Assembly: GCA_964511865.1 (NCBI GenBank) | Contig: CAZEHW010000001.1 | Coordinates: 1-54,416, forward strand | DNA from: an uncultured Hyphomicrobiales bacterium | GTDB taxonomy: Bacteria; Bacteroidota; Ignavibacteria; Kapaibacteriales; UBA2268 | Length of the DNA: 54,416 nucleotides | Direction: 5' to 3' | In this document: positions 8,862 to 17,757 of the stretch, in pieces | Layout of the letters: every line of letters begins with the position of its first letter | Position numbering within the stretch: position 1 is the stretch's first letter | The notes under the pieces: generated by a model | The model's input: only the letters and a program-made list of their open reading frames with translations | Database searches by the model: none | What the model was told of the DNA's origin: nothing | Translations under genes and position numbers: made by a program

Positions 8862-10274
8862 CTAACGATATACATTTATATTTTTTACAAAGATTTTGTT
8901 GCCTGCTGTCAAACGGCAAATATAAGAACCGTTAGGTAACATTGATGTATCCCACTGAATTTCGTTAGAACTTGCCTCAGATAATTCAAATAGCAAAGCA
9001 TCTTTTCTGTTACCTAATAAATCAAATATTTCAAGTTTTACATTGTCAGAGTTTGATAAATTAAAGATAATCTTTGTGTTTTCGGAGCAAGGATTTGGAG
9101 CTATAACAATCTCATCTTTACTGATTTTATAATCCTTTGTTCCTGCATAGACTCTGTTTGGAATTCTCAGCATTGGGTCACCAAGTAATGTAAACCGGTT
9201 GATGTAAGAGAAATTATTTTTTTGTTTAATATTCAAAACAGCATCACCGATAATCCTTACGTTATTATCGAAAATTTCCTGATAAAATTTGATGATTGTT
9301 TGATTTGAAGCGTCTAAAAATGTAAGACCACTCGTTGCAAACGATGCAACAGCACCTGCATCTTGCATATTAATCAACTTCTCAACAATACCTTGATGGT
9401 CTTTTGAGTGAAAGTTTTTAAATATCATCACTCCCAATATGATAAATGGCTTAGCACTCAAGCTCAAATTATCAATATCGTTTAATAATAAAAAACTGTC
9501 TTTTGTCCAAATATCCTGATTTGAATGTATATAGTTGGCGTGCATTATAGTACCTTGGTTCCAATACCCGAACAAATCTTCTTTTGAGCCATAGTATTCC
9601 GAATCCTTCCTGTTGTACAGCTTACTAATAACCTTCAAATGAGAAGGTAATGTATTTTCAATCAGATTATCAACGATATTCTCAAAGATTTTATGATCAT
9701 CATTATCTGCAACTGCTAATAAGTCATAATTATAATCAATGTTAAACGAGTTGTCTTCGAAGTTAATTGTTTTTTGGATTATATTTCTTAATTCCTGATT
9801 ATTCTCTGCCGGAAACCTTCCAACTGCAATATCAGGAATAATATCAGTCTGATAATTGTTAATGGCATAATATTCATCTAATAGCACAGAATCTTCGTTT
9901 ACTGCCGGTGATGATGCAAATTCCGATTCAATAATTTTAGAAGGTATAAGGTTATACCCGCCCGCTATAAGCAAATAGCGAGGTTTGGGATTTACCCAAT
10001 ATTCCAGAGCATAACTTACAAAATCACGAATTGATTCTTCCAATGAATCGGAAGACCCGAACTCAGATAAAATTTCATTAATACTAATGGCTTGAACCTT
10101 AACGCCCTTTGTTGCCCTCCAGTTTACAAATTCCTCAATATCAGATTCAAACTGATTGGGATAAATCACGAGGTAGTCTGCCTGGTTTTGTGGTGCTTTT
10201 AGCTGGGCTTCAACATGCTGATTTTCAAACAAAAATAATGCATTCAGCAATACTACAAAAAAAATGCTTCGCAT
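8862..10274 (-). CDS. Peptidase C25 (gingipain)-like protein with T9SS C-terminal sorting domain; apparently lacks a catalytic Cys
   Basis: The YLVIYPNQFESDIEEFVNWRATKGVKV start and the LLGDPMLRIP end are typical of C25-family domains. The CTD is APNPCSENTKIIFNL..GSYICRLTAGNKIFVKNINVYR. There is no cysteine before the CTD. Confidence 0.6.
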   Translation of the reverse strand: MRSIFFVVLLNALFLFENQHVEAQLKAPQNQADYLVIYPNQFESDIEEFVNWRATKGVKVQAISINEILSEFGSSDSLEESIRDFVSYALEYWVNPKPRYLLIAGGYNLIPSKIIESEFASSPAVNEDSVLLDEYYAINNYQTDIIPDIAVGRFPAENNQELRNIIQKTINFEDNSFNIDYNYDLLAVADNDDHKIFENIVDNLIENTLPSHLKVISKLYNRKDSEYYGSKEDLFGYWNQGTIMHANYIHSNQDIWTKDSFLLLNDIDNLSLSAKPFIILGVMIFKNFHSKDHQGIVEKLINMQDAGAVASFATSGLTFLDASNQTIIKFYQEIFDNNVRIIGDAVLNIKQKNNFSYINRFTLLGDPMLRIPNRVYAGTKDYKISKDEIVIAPNPCSENTKIIFNLSNSDNVKLEIFDLLGNRKDALLFELSEASSNEIQWDTSMLPNGSYICRLTAGNKIFVKNINVYR

Positions 10275-10523
10275 AGTTTTTCTCCTATAACGTTAAACAA
10301 TATTATTTAGACTTGTAGAAACTTGCTATAAAATAATTATTTATATTTTTGTTCATAAAACACTACTTAATCTAATCGAATTATTGAATATAAACAAGAA
10401 TTAATTAGTTCAATTTGCCAAAATTGTAAATATTTCATTCAAAATATTTATAAAACTCATGAAAAATGTCAGATTATTTTCACAACATTGTTTTTATAAT
10501 ACTCTAATATGCTCGAAATACAA

Positions 10524-10736
10524 CTATTCCGATTTGAAATCCTCATCATCAAGCCAAAAAATATCATCAACTTTTTTCCCGAACACTCTTGCCATTTTCA
10601 ATGCCAATAAAGTAGAAGGAACATATTTCCCCTTTTCTACGGCATTGATTGTTTGTCGGCTTACCCCAATTAGTTTGGCAAGGTCATCTTGTGTGATATT
10701 TTTAATAGCTCTCTCAACCTTAATATTATTCTGCAT
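10524..10736 (-). CDS. XRE-family helix-turn-helix transcriptional regulator (short, YozG-like)
   Basis: 70 aa. ITQDDLAKLIGVSRQTINAVEKGKYVPS is a classic HTH_XRE segment. Confidence 0.8.
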   Translation of the reverse strand: MQNNIKVERAIKNITQDDLAKLIGVSRQTINAVEKGKYVPSTLLALKMARVFGKKVDDIFWLDDEDFKSE

Positions 10737-11208
10737 ATTTATTCGCCTTCCTCAATGCAATTTGAAATTTGATTACAAATAATATCAGAACTGTTACAAC
10801 ATTAAATATCATGGCAAGCATAAAACTCAAACCATAAAAAGCAAATACGCAGAAAAGCAGTAATAAACTATTGACAATAACTGCCCACACAAGGGACTCA
10901 ACACGAATTTTCATAATATATTCATCTTCTTCCTTTTCTTTTGAGAATGCTACAAGTAATGCCCCTAATATGATTAAGGTCCCTGTAATCTCATCAATAA
11001 TGGCAGTATGAACCATTGTCAAAAAACCTGAATTCTTATCCATAGGAAAATCATAATGCAACGCCGGCATCCAAACCTTGATATGAAATACTTCATCTGG
11101 AAATATAAAAAACAGAACTCCAAAAGCTATTCCAATAATAAAAATTATCCAGCCAGCGAGCTTAAATGAATTAGGCAATAAATATTTCGTTTCCATATAA
11201 TTCCTCAT
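10726..11208 (-). CDS. Small multi-pass membrane protein co-transcribed with the XRE regulator
   Basis: 160 aa with 4 hydrophobic helices. It overlaps the downstream HTH gene by 11 nt. Confidence 0.6.
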   Translation of the reverse strand: MRNYMETKYLLPNSFKLAGWIIFIIGIAFGVLFFIFPDEVFHIKVWMPALHYDFPMDKNSGFLTMVHTAIIDEITGTLIILGALLVAFSKEKEEDEYIMKIRVESLVWAVIVNSLLLLFCVFAFYGLSFMLAMIFNVVTVLILFVIKFQIALRKANKYAE

Positions 11209-11282
11209 TAAAACGATAAAAATTATTCATTACAAATATAATGTTTATTTTACAATATATCAAGTTTATTTTACATTTTGTC

Positions 11283-11295
11283 GTATTGTCAATAC
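11283..11295. promoter_or_regulatory. Perfect palindrome GTATTG-T-CAATAC in a divergent promoter region (candidate operator)
   Basis: Seen between the membrane/XRE operon and the TetR gene. The direct repeats GTTTATTTTACA x2 lie just upstream. Confidence 0.3.
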
Positions 11296-11364
11296 ATTAA
11301 ATAAAAATATTTGCATTATTCAGATTTTCTTATTATTTTTGAATAAGTTTATTGAATAGAGTTA

Positions 11365-12006
11365 TTGAATATATTTATTGATATGCAGGAAAACAAGGTA
11401 ATAAATGCCGAACAGGCAATACTGGAAGCCGCTGAAAAGCTGTTTCTGGAGAAAGGTTTTGCTATGACATCCACTACTGAAATAGCAAAAGAAGCCGGAT
11501 GTAATCAATCAATGGTTCATTATTACTTTAGAACTAAAGATAAGCTGTTTGATGCAATTTTTGAAAAAAAAGCAAATTTGATTTTATCGTCAGTCATGAA
11601 AAACCGTGATAAAGAAATATCATTCAATGAAAAAATTAAAAGTATAGTCGAAGCACATTTTGATTTGCTTAGAGACAATCCAAAATTACCATTTCTGTTA
11701 TTTAACGAATTAACTACTAATCCGGAAAGATTAAAATTAATAGTTGAGAAAATACAAAATATAAAAGGAATGGTTTTGCCTCAATTCCAAAAAGAGCTTG
11801 ACGAAGAATTCAAAAAAGGCAATATTAGAAAAATAACTTTGATGGATTTTATTTTATTACTCATTTCATTGAATGTAATCCCTTTTATTGCAAAACCGAT
11901 TATTAAAGCAATAGCAGAAATGAGTGATGATGAATTTGAAGAATTAATTGAAATACGAAAAAAAGAAAATGTGAGAATTATTTTGAAAAGTTTGGAACCT
12001 TTTTGA
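11365..12006 (+). CDS. TetR/AcrR-family transcriptional regulator
   Basis: The segment GFAMTSTTEIAKEAGCNQSMVHYYFRTKDKLF is a TetR HTH. An ATG at 11383 is an alternative start. Confidence 0.85.
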   Translation: MNIFIDMQENKVINAEQAILEAAEKLFLEKGFAMTSTTEIAKEAGCNQSMVHYYFRTKDKLFDAIFEKKANLILSSVMKNRDKEISFNEKIKSIVEAHFDLLRDNPKLPFLLFNELTTNPERLKLIVEKIQNIKGMVLPQFQKELDEEFKKGNIRKITLMDFILLLISLNVIPFIAKPIIKAIAEMSDDEFEELIEIRKKENVRIILKSLEPF

Positions 12007-12052
12007 ATAGTTTAATAAGTTTGATAAGTTTAATAAGTTTATTGGATTAAAA

Positions 12053-13315
12053 ATGAAATGTATTTTAAAAATAATTATTTTTCTATTTGGGAGTAGCTTG
12101 GTCTTATATGCTCAGCTAACACTTGAAACCTGTCAGGAAAAAGCATTGGCGAATTATCCCTTAATTAAACAATTTGATTTAATAAAATTATCTGAAAGTT
12201 ACAATCTTTCAAATGCCGACAAAGCATATTTCCCGCAATTAGCTATTAGTGCAAAGGCAACTTATCAATCTGATGTTGTTGAAATTCCTGTTGACCTTCC
12301 GCTGTTTAAGTTCGATGTTCCTGCAAAAGACCAGTATCAGGTAGCCGCCGAAATCAGTCAGGTATTGTGGGATGGAGGTGGAATCAGTGCTCAAAAAAGT
12401 TTAATTCAATCATCATCAGATATTGAAAAACAAAAACTTGAAGTTGACTTATATTCTTTAAAAGACAGAATTAATCAGTTGTTTTTTGGTATCCTTCTAA
12501 TTAACGAGCATTCAAAAAGAATTGATGATTTACAAAAAGAATTGCAGACAAATCTTGAAAGGATTTCATCATTAAAAAACAATGGAGTAGCAACACAATC
12601 TGACATTGATGTCATTCAGGTCGAAATAATTAATACAAAACAAAAGCAAACTGAATTGATTGCAAATAAAAACGCTTTTTTAAAGATGCTTTCTATAATG
12701 ATAGGAGAAGAGATTTCAGAGAATACTGAATTAGAAAAACCTGAACTAAATTCTGATATGACATTTTCTGATAATAACATGAGACCGGAATTAATACTAT
12801 TTGAAACCCAGGGAAATTTGTTCTTGAATCAGTTGGATATTATTGATGCAGGAACTATGCCGAAAATTGGATTATTTTTCCAAGGCGGATATGGCAGACC
12901 CGGATTTAATATTTTAAAAAATGAATTCCAACTATTTTATATTGGAGGTATCCGGTTTTCATGGAATTTGAGTGCTTTTTATTCCAAAAGCAACAGCTAT
13001 GAACTAATAAAGACCAATCAGAATTCCGTGAATTTACAAAAAGAAACTTTTCTTTTCAATAATAATCTCAGGACAGAACAGCAAAAAATTGAAATTGAGA
13101 AACTGAAGAATTTAATTCAAAATGATGATGATATAATAAAACTAAGAACAAATATCAAAAAGACATCTGAAGCTAAAGTTGAAAACGGGACATTATCGGT
13201 TAGTGATTTGGTTAGGGATATAAACAATGAGAATTTTGTCAGATTGGACAAAGCAGTACACGAAATTCAATTGTTAATTGCAATTTATAATTATAAGTAT
13301 TTAGTTAATGAATAG
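12053..13315 (+). CDS. TolC-like outer-membrane efflux protein
   Basis: 420 aa with a signal peptide. Position, size and coiled repeat structure fit an OEP next to HlyD/ABC genes. Confidence 0.75.
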   Translation: MKCILKIIIFLFGSSLVLYAQLTLETCQEKALANYPLIKQFDLIKLSESYNLSNADKAYFPQLAISAKATYQSDVVEIPVDLPLFKFDVPAKDQYQVAAEISQVLWDGGGISAQKSLIQSSSDIEKQKLEVDLYSLKDRINQLFFGILLINEHSKRIDDLQKELQTNLERISSLKNNGVATQSDIDVIQVEIINTKQKQTELIANKNAFLKMLSIMIGEEISENTELEKPELNSDMTFSDNNMRPELILFETQGNLFLNQLDIIDAGTMPKIGLFFQGGYGRPGFNILKNEFQLFYIGGIRFSWNLSAFYSKSNSYELIKTNQNSVNLQKETFLFNNNLRTEQQKIEIEKLKNLIQNDDDIIKLRTNIKKTSEAKVENGTLSVSDLVRDINNENFVRLDKAVHEIQLLIAIYNYKYLVNE

Positions 13316-13578
13316 TAGTCGTTAGTCGACAGTCGACAGATGGAAGAGAGCAGACAGGAATTCTTAATTTTTAAGTTTTTATGTTAACTTTGAGATCTTT
13401 GTGTTAAAAATATTTTTTGAAACCCATTACACAGAGTTGCACAGAGAAATCACAGAGATACACAGAGAGAGAAATAGGAGAATGGAGAAAGGAAAAAGGA
13501 GAAGGGAAAAACGGATGACAGATAACCGAAAACGGATAACGAATTGAAAATTTATGTATAAATAATTTATAGAATAAA
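13313..13578 (+). repeat. Short-period repeat spacer (TAGTCGT/CAGTCGA, CACAGAG, GGAGAAG, CGGATAA words)
   Basis: The spacer starts on the TAG stop. The TAGTCGT TAGTCGA CAGTCGA.. block and the GGAGAAT GGAGAAA GGAAAAA GGAGAAG GGAAAAA CGGATGA CAGATAA CCGAAAA CGGATAA block (from 13477) sit in the same 7-nt register, 161 nt apart. Confidence 0.85.
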
Positions 13579-14478
13579 ATGAAGACTTTAAAAAACATCA
13601 CGGTTTTGATTAGTGCGATAATATTGTTTGCTTGCAGTAGCGACGATAAGGAATACGATGCTTCCGGTACATTCGAAGCTACAGAAATAATCGTATCCTC
13701 CGAAGCAAACGGTAAAATTTTAAGTCTGAATATTCAGGAAGGAAACAAAATCAAAGCAAATGAGATAGCAGGAGTTGTTGATTCCACACAACTATATCTT
13801 AAAAAACTTCAAATTCTTGCAAGTGTGAATGCTGTACAGAGCAGAAAACCTGATATTGACAAACAAATTGCAGTAATAGAGCAACAAATTGCAAGTGCTG
13901 AATATGAAAAGAAAAGAGTTGAAAGTCTGATTAAATCTAATGCCGTTCCGGCTAAACAACTTGATGATATAAATGCACAAATTTCGGTCATGGAAAAACA
14001 GCTTTCTGCATTGAAATCGAATTTGGATGTCAGTACAAGAGGAATCAATCAGGAAAGCAATGCAATCGAAGTACAGGTTGCACAACTTGATGACCAACTG
14101 AAAAAATGTGTTATAACCAGCCCAATTGACGGTACTGTTTTGGTTAAATATGCAGAGGCAGGTGAACTTGCAGTTATGGGAAAACCATTGTTCAAAATTG
14201 CCGATACTGACAATATGCTCCTTAGAGCATATATTGTTTCGAGTCAGTTATCGGATATTCAATTAGGACAGAAAGTAAAAGTTTTTGCTGATTATGGTGA
14301 GAATAAAATTAAAGAATATAAAGGCGATGTAATTTGGATTTCCAACAAGGCAGAGTTTACTCCAAAGACAATATTAACAAAAGACGAAAGAGCAAATTTG
14401 GTTTATGCAACAAAAATTGCAGTTAAAAATGACGGATACCTGAAGATAGGAATGTACGGAAAAATAAAAATTAAATGA
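13579..14478 (+). CDS. HlyD-family membrane fusion (periplasmic adaptor) protein
   Basis: 299 aa with lipobox LFACSS, a coiled-coil middle region and a beta-barrel C-terminus (YbhG-like). Confidence 0.8.
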   Translation: MKTLKNITVLISAIILFACSSDDKEYDASGTFEATEIIVSSEANGKILSLNIQEGNKIKANEIAGVVDSTQLYLKKLQILASVNAVQSRKPDIDKQIAVIEQQIASAEYEKKRVESLIKSNAVPAKQLDDINAQISVMEKQLSALKSNLDVSTRGINQESNAIEVQVAQLDDQLKKCVITSPIDGTVLVKYAEAGELAVMGKPLFKIADTDNMLLRAYIVSSQLSDIQLGQKVKVFADYGENKIKEYKGDVIWISNKAEFTPKTILTKDERANLVYATKIAVKNDGYLKIGMYGKIKIK

Positions 14479-14667
14479 AACAGTGAAACGGAGGAAGGGA
14501 AAAGGGAGAAGGGAAAAAGGAGAAGGGATTGAAAATAGTTTTAAACTTTGAGTTCTTTGTGAAAATTCTTTGTGTTAAGAATATTTGTAGAGAAGAATTA
14601 TTACACAGAGGATTTCCAATCCCATAGGGGTTGAATGTTTTTAGAAAAAAGAATTTTAAATTAAAAA
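14476..14667 (+). repeat. Short-period repeat spacer with a GA-heptad block and a CTTTGAGTTCTTTGTG motif
   Basis: AAATGAA ACAGTGA AACGGAG GAAGGGA AAAGGGA GAAGGGA AAAAGGA GAAGGGA begins on the TGA stop. Confidence 0.85.
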
Positions 14668-15573
14668 ATGATTTCTGTAAAAAATATCAGCAAAAAATAC
14701 GGCAAAGTTCAGGCACTGGACGATGTCAGTTTTGAAGTTGAAAAAGGAGAGATTTTCGGATTAATAGGTCCTGACGGTTCCGGCAAAACTACTCTGTTCA
14801 GAATTCTTACTACTTTGCTCCTGGCTGACACCGGAACGGCAATTGTTGATGGTCTGGATGTTGTTAAGGATTACAAGGCAATAAGGAAATGTATTGGTTA
14901 TATGCCCGGCAGATTCTCGCTTTATCAAGACCTGACAGTCAAAGAAAACCTCGAAGTTTTTGCTACATTATTTAATACAACAATAGAAGAAAACTATTAT
15001 TTAATTAAAGACATATATTCGCAGATAGAACCATTCAAAAACAGAAGGGCAGGAGCTTTGTCAGGCGGAATGAAGCAAAAGCTTGCATTGAGTTGTGCTT
15101 TGATTCATAAGCCGGTCGTTTTATTCTTGGATGAACCGACTACAGGTGTTGACCCTGTTTCGAGAAAAGAGCTTTGGGCTATGCTTAAAAAACTCAAGCT
15201 CGAAGGAATCAGTATTGTTGTTTCTACTGCTTATATGGATGAAGCAAGTTTGTGCGATAGAGTTGCACTTATGTCTCAGGGCAAATTTATGAAAGTTGAC
15301 TCTCCTAAAAATATAGTAAACCAATACAGCAAAATTATATGGGGAGCAAAAAGTAATAAAATGTCAAAACTTCTGACAGATTTAAGAAACAATCCTGACA
15401 TTGAAACAAGCTTTACATTTGGTGACTCACATCATATCACAATTGCAAATAATCAACTTAAAATTGATGTTCTGCAAGAATATCTGGAAAATTTGGGACA
15501 TAAAGATGTTTTTGTAAATCCTATTGCGGCAGGCATTGAGGATTGCTTTATGGAATTAGCGGAAGTTAGTTGA
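14668..15573 (+). CDS. ABC transporter ATP-binding protein (first half of a YbhF-like pair)
   Basis: Walker A GPDGSGKTT, signature LSGGMKQKLAL, Walker B LFLDEPTTGVD. Confidence 0.9.
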   Translation: MISVKNISKKYGKVQALDDVSFEVEKGEIFGLIGPDGSGKTTLFRILTTLLLADTGTAIVDGLDVVKDYKAIRKCIGYMPGRFSLYQDLTVKENLEVFATLFNTTIEENYYLIKDIYSQIEPFKNRRAGALSGGMKQKLALSCALIHKPVVLFLDEPTTGVDPVSRKELWAMLKKLKLEGISIVVSTAYMDEASLCDRVALMSQGKFMKVDSPKNIVNQYSKIIWGAKSNKMSKLLTDLRNNPDIETSFTFGDSHHITIANNQLKIDVLQEYLENLGHKDVFVNPIAAGIEDCFMELAEVS

Positions 15574-15704
15574 GAGTTTTGAGTTTTAAGTTTTAAGTTG
15601 AGAGTTGAGAGTTGGAGAAGGGAGAAGGGAAAATTTAAAATGTAAAATGTAGAATGTAAAATGTAAAATGTAGAATGTAGAATGTAAAATGTAGAATGTA
15701 ACAG
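15565..15704 (+). repeat. Phase-locked heptanucleotide array (19 units, four graded words)
   Basis: From 15572: GAGAGTT TTGAGTT TTAAGTT x2 GAGAGTT x2 GGAGAAG x2 GGAAAAT TTAAAAT, then GTAAAAT/GTAGAAT x8, then GTAACAG. There is no phase slip. Confidence 0.95.
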
Positions 15705-15811
15705 ATTGAAGTCAGGAAATAAACTTAGCTGAACTTAGCGAAAAACTTTGAGTACTTTGCGTTTAAATAATTAGTTATACAAAGGACATTAGAAAAATAG
15801 AATATAGAACA

Positions 15812-16549
15812 ATGAATGTAATTAAAGCAGATAAATTGACAAAAAGGTTCGGGAAATTCACGGCTGTGGATGGGATTTCTTTCGATGTCGAAGAAGGAGA
15901 GATATTCGGCTTTCTCGGTGCCAACGGAGCAGGAAAGACCACAGCTATGAGAATGCTCTGCGGTCTTAGCAAACCCACTTCAGGTAAAGGGACAGTTGCA
16001 GGATTCGATATTTATAAACAGTCCGAAAAAGTTAAAGCAAGTATTGGATACATGAGTCAGAAATTTTCTATGTACGAAGATTTGAAAGTCTGGGAAAACA
16101 TCAAATTATATGCCGGGATATATGGAATTCCCGGAAAGGAGATTAACACTAAAATTGATGAGCAATTGAAAAGATTAGGATTTGAAAGTCAGAGAGATAC
16201 TTTGGTAAAATCTTTGCCTTTAGGTTGGAAGCAAAAACTTGCATTTTCTGTTGCAATTGTTCATGACCCGAAAATTGTTTTTCTCGATGAACCAACCGGT
16301 GGAGTTGACCCTGCAAGCAGACGGCAGTTTTGGGAATTAATCTACCAGGCATCCGACAGAGGTATTACTGTTTTTGTAACTACTCACTATATGGATGAAG
16401 CTGAGTATTGCAATCGGGTTTCTATTATGGTGGACGGAAGAATTGAAGCGATGGACACACCGGGGAATCTGAAGAATAAGTATAATGCAAATAGTATGGA
16501 CGAGGTATTTCATAAATTAGCAAGAAAAGCAGTAAGGATAGGAGATTAA
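15812..16549 (+). CDS. ABC transporter ATP-binding protein (second half of a YbhF-like pair)
   Basis: Walker A GANGAGKTT, Walker B VFLDEPTGGVD, H-loop TTHYMDEAE. Confidence 0.9.
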   Translation: MNVIKADKLTKRFGKFTAVDGISFDVEEGEIFGFLGANGAGKTTAMRMLCGLSKPTSGKGTVAGFDIYKQSEKVKASIGYMSQKFSMYEDLKVWENIKLYAGIYGIPGKEINTKIDEQLKRLGFESQRDTLVKSLPLGWKQKLAFSVAIVHDPKIVFLDEPTGGVDPASRRQFWELIYQASDRGITVFVTTHYMDEAEYCNRVSIMVDGRIEAMDTPGNLKNKYNANSMDEVFHKLARKAVRIGD

Positions 16550-16550
16550 T

Positions 16551-17657
16551 TTGAAGCAGTTCATAATATTTGTAAAAAAAGAATTCTATCACATTTTCCG
16601 TGACCGCTGGACAATGATGATATTGCTTTTACTCCCCATTATAATGCTGACTCTTTTTGGATTTGCAATAACAACCGAAGTTAAGAATACAAAACTTGCA
16701 GTTTACGACCCATCCAAAGATGTTGCGACACGCAGTATTATTCAAAGACTTCAGGCAAATGAATATTTTATTCTCAAAAAATTTATATCGAATCCTGCAG
16801 TTATCGAAGATGAATTTCAAAAAGATGAAGTCGGTTTGGTCATGGTGTTTCCGGAAAGGTTTTACGAAAATTTAGTTCATACCGGAGAAGGACAGATACA
16901 GCTAATTACCGATGGCTCTGACCCTAACAACGCTATAACTTTGACCAACTATGCCTCGAATATTATTGCCGGATATCAACAGGAACTTAATAAAATTTCA
17001 ACAATACCATATCAAATTGTTCCCGAGATTAAATTGCTTTACAATCCAAGATTGAAAGGAGCATACAATTTTGTTCCGGGAATTATGGGAATGGTATTGA
17101 TGCTGATTTGTGCTATGATGACATCAATCGCTATTGCAAGAGAAAAGGAAAAAGGTACAATGGAGCTTTTGCTTGTTTCTCCTGTAAAACCGATTATAAT
17201 TATTATCAGCAAGGCAGTCCCTTACTTCTTCGTATCAATTGTTAATCTTGCAACGATTTTACTTTTATCTATCTATGTTTTGGAAGTACCCGTTACCGGC
17301 AGTATGCTTTGGCTAATAATAATATCATTGATTTATATTTTTCTTTCATTAGCATTAGGTCTTTTAATATCATCGGTAGTTAATACTCAATTGGTCGCTT
17401 TGCTTATTTCGGGTGCAATATTGATGATGCCTGTCATTCTGCTCTCAGGAATGATATTTCCTGTTGAAAGCATGCCGCTTTTATTGCAATGGTTGGCAAA
17501 TTTAGTTCCTGCAAGATGGTTCATTATGGCTGTTAGAAAGCTAATGATAAAAGGTTTGGATGTTACGGCAATTTATAAAGAATTAATGATCTTGAGCAGT
17601 ATGGCTGTTTTCTTTATTATAGTAAGTTTGAAAAAATTTAAAAACAGGTTAGAGTAA
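16551..17657 (+). CDS. ABC-2 type transporter permease (YbhS/YbhR-like)
   Basis: 368 aa with an N-terminal TM helix, a large loop and 5 C-terminal TM helices. It follows the ATPase genes directly. Confidence 0.85.
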   Translation: MKQFIIFVKKEFYHIFRDRWTMMILLLLPIIMLTLFGFAITTEVKNTKLAVYDPSKDVATRSIIQRLQANEYFILKKFISNPAVIEDEFQKDEVGLVMVFPERFYENLVHTGEGQIQLITDGSDPNNAITLTNYASNIIAGYQQELNKISTIPYQIVPEIKLLYNPRLKGAYNFVPGIMGMVLMLICAMMTSIAIAREKEKGTMELLLVSPVKPIIIIISKAVPYFFVSIVNLATILLLSIYVLEVPVTGSMLWLIIISLIYIFLSLALGLLISSVVNTQLVALLISGAILMMPVILLSGMIFPVESMPLLLQWLANLVPARWFIMAVRKLMIKGLDVTAIYKELMILSSMAVFFIIVSLKKFKNRLE

Positions 17658-17678
17658 TGAGTTTAATAATTTTAAAAA

Positions 17679-17755
17679 GTTATCCGTTTTCGGTTGTCGG
17701 TTATCCGTTTTCGCTGTTCATTATACATTATACATTTTACATTATACATTATTAA
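17679..17755 (+). repeat. Phase-locked heptanucleotide array (11 units)
   Basis: GTTATCC GTTTTCG GTTGTCG GTTATCC GTTTTCG CTGTTCA TTATACA TTATACA TTTTACA TTATACA TTATTAA. It ends 2 nt before the ATG at 17758. Confidence 0.95.
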
Positions 17756-17757
17756 TC

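Noticed and set aside
10459-10782. The + strand ORF overlapping the XRE regulator.
   Set aside because: The opposite-strand 70-aa ORF has a textbook HTH and is translationally coupled to the upstream membrane-protein gene.
15572-15704. A CRISPR array as an explanation for the regular repeats here and at the other arrays.
   Set aside because: The period is 7-9 nt with no unique spacers. There are no cas genes and no 25-40 nt repeat unit.
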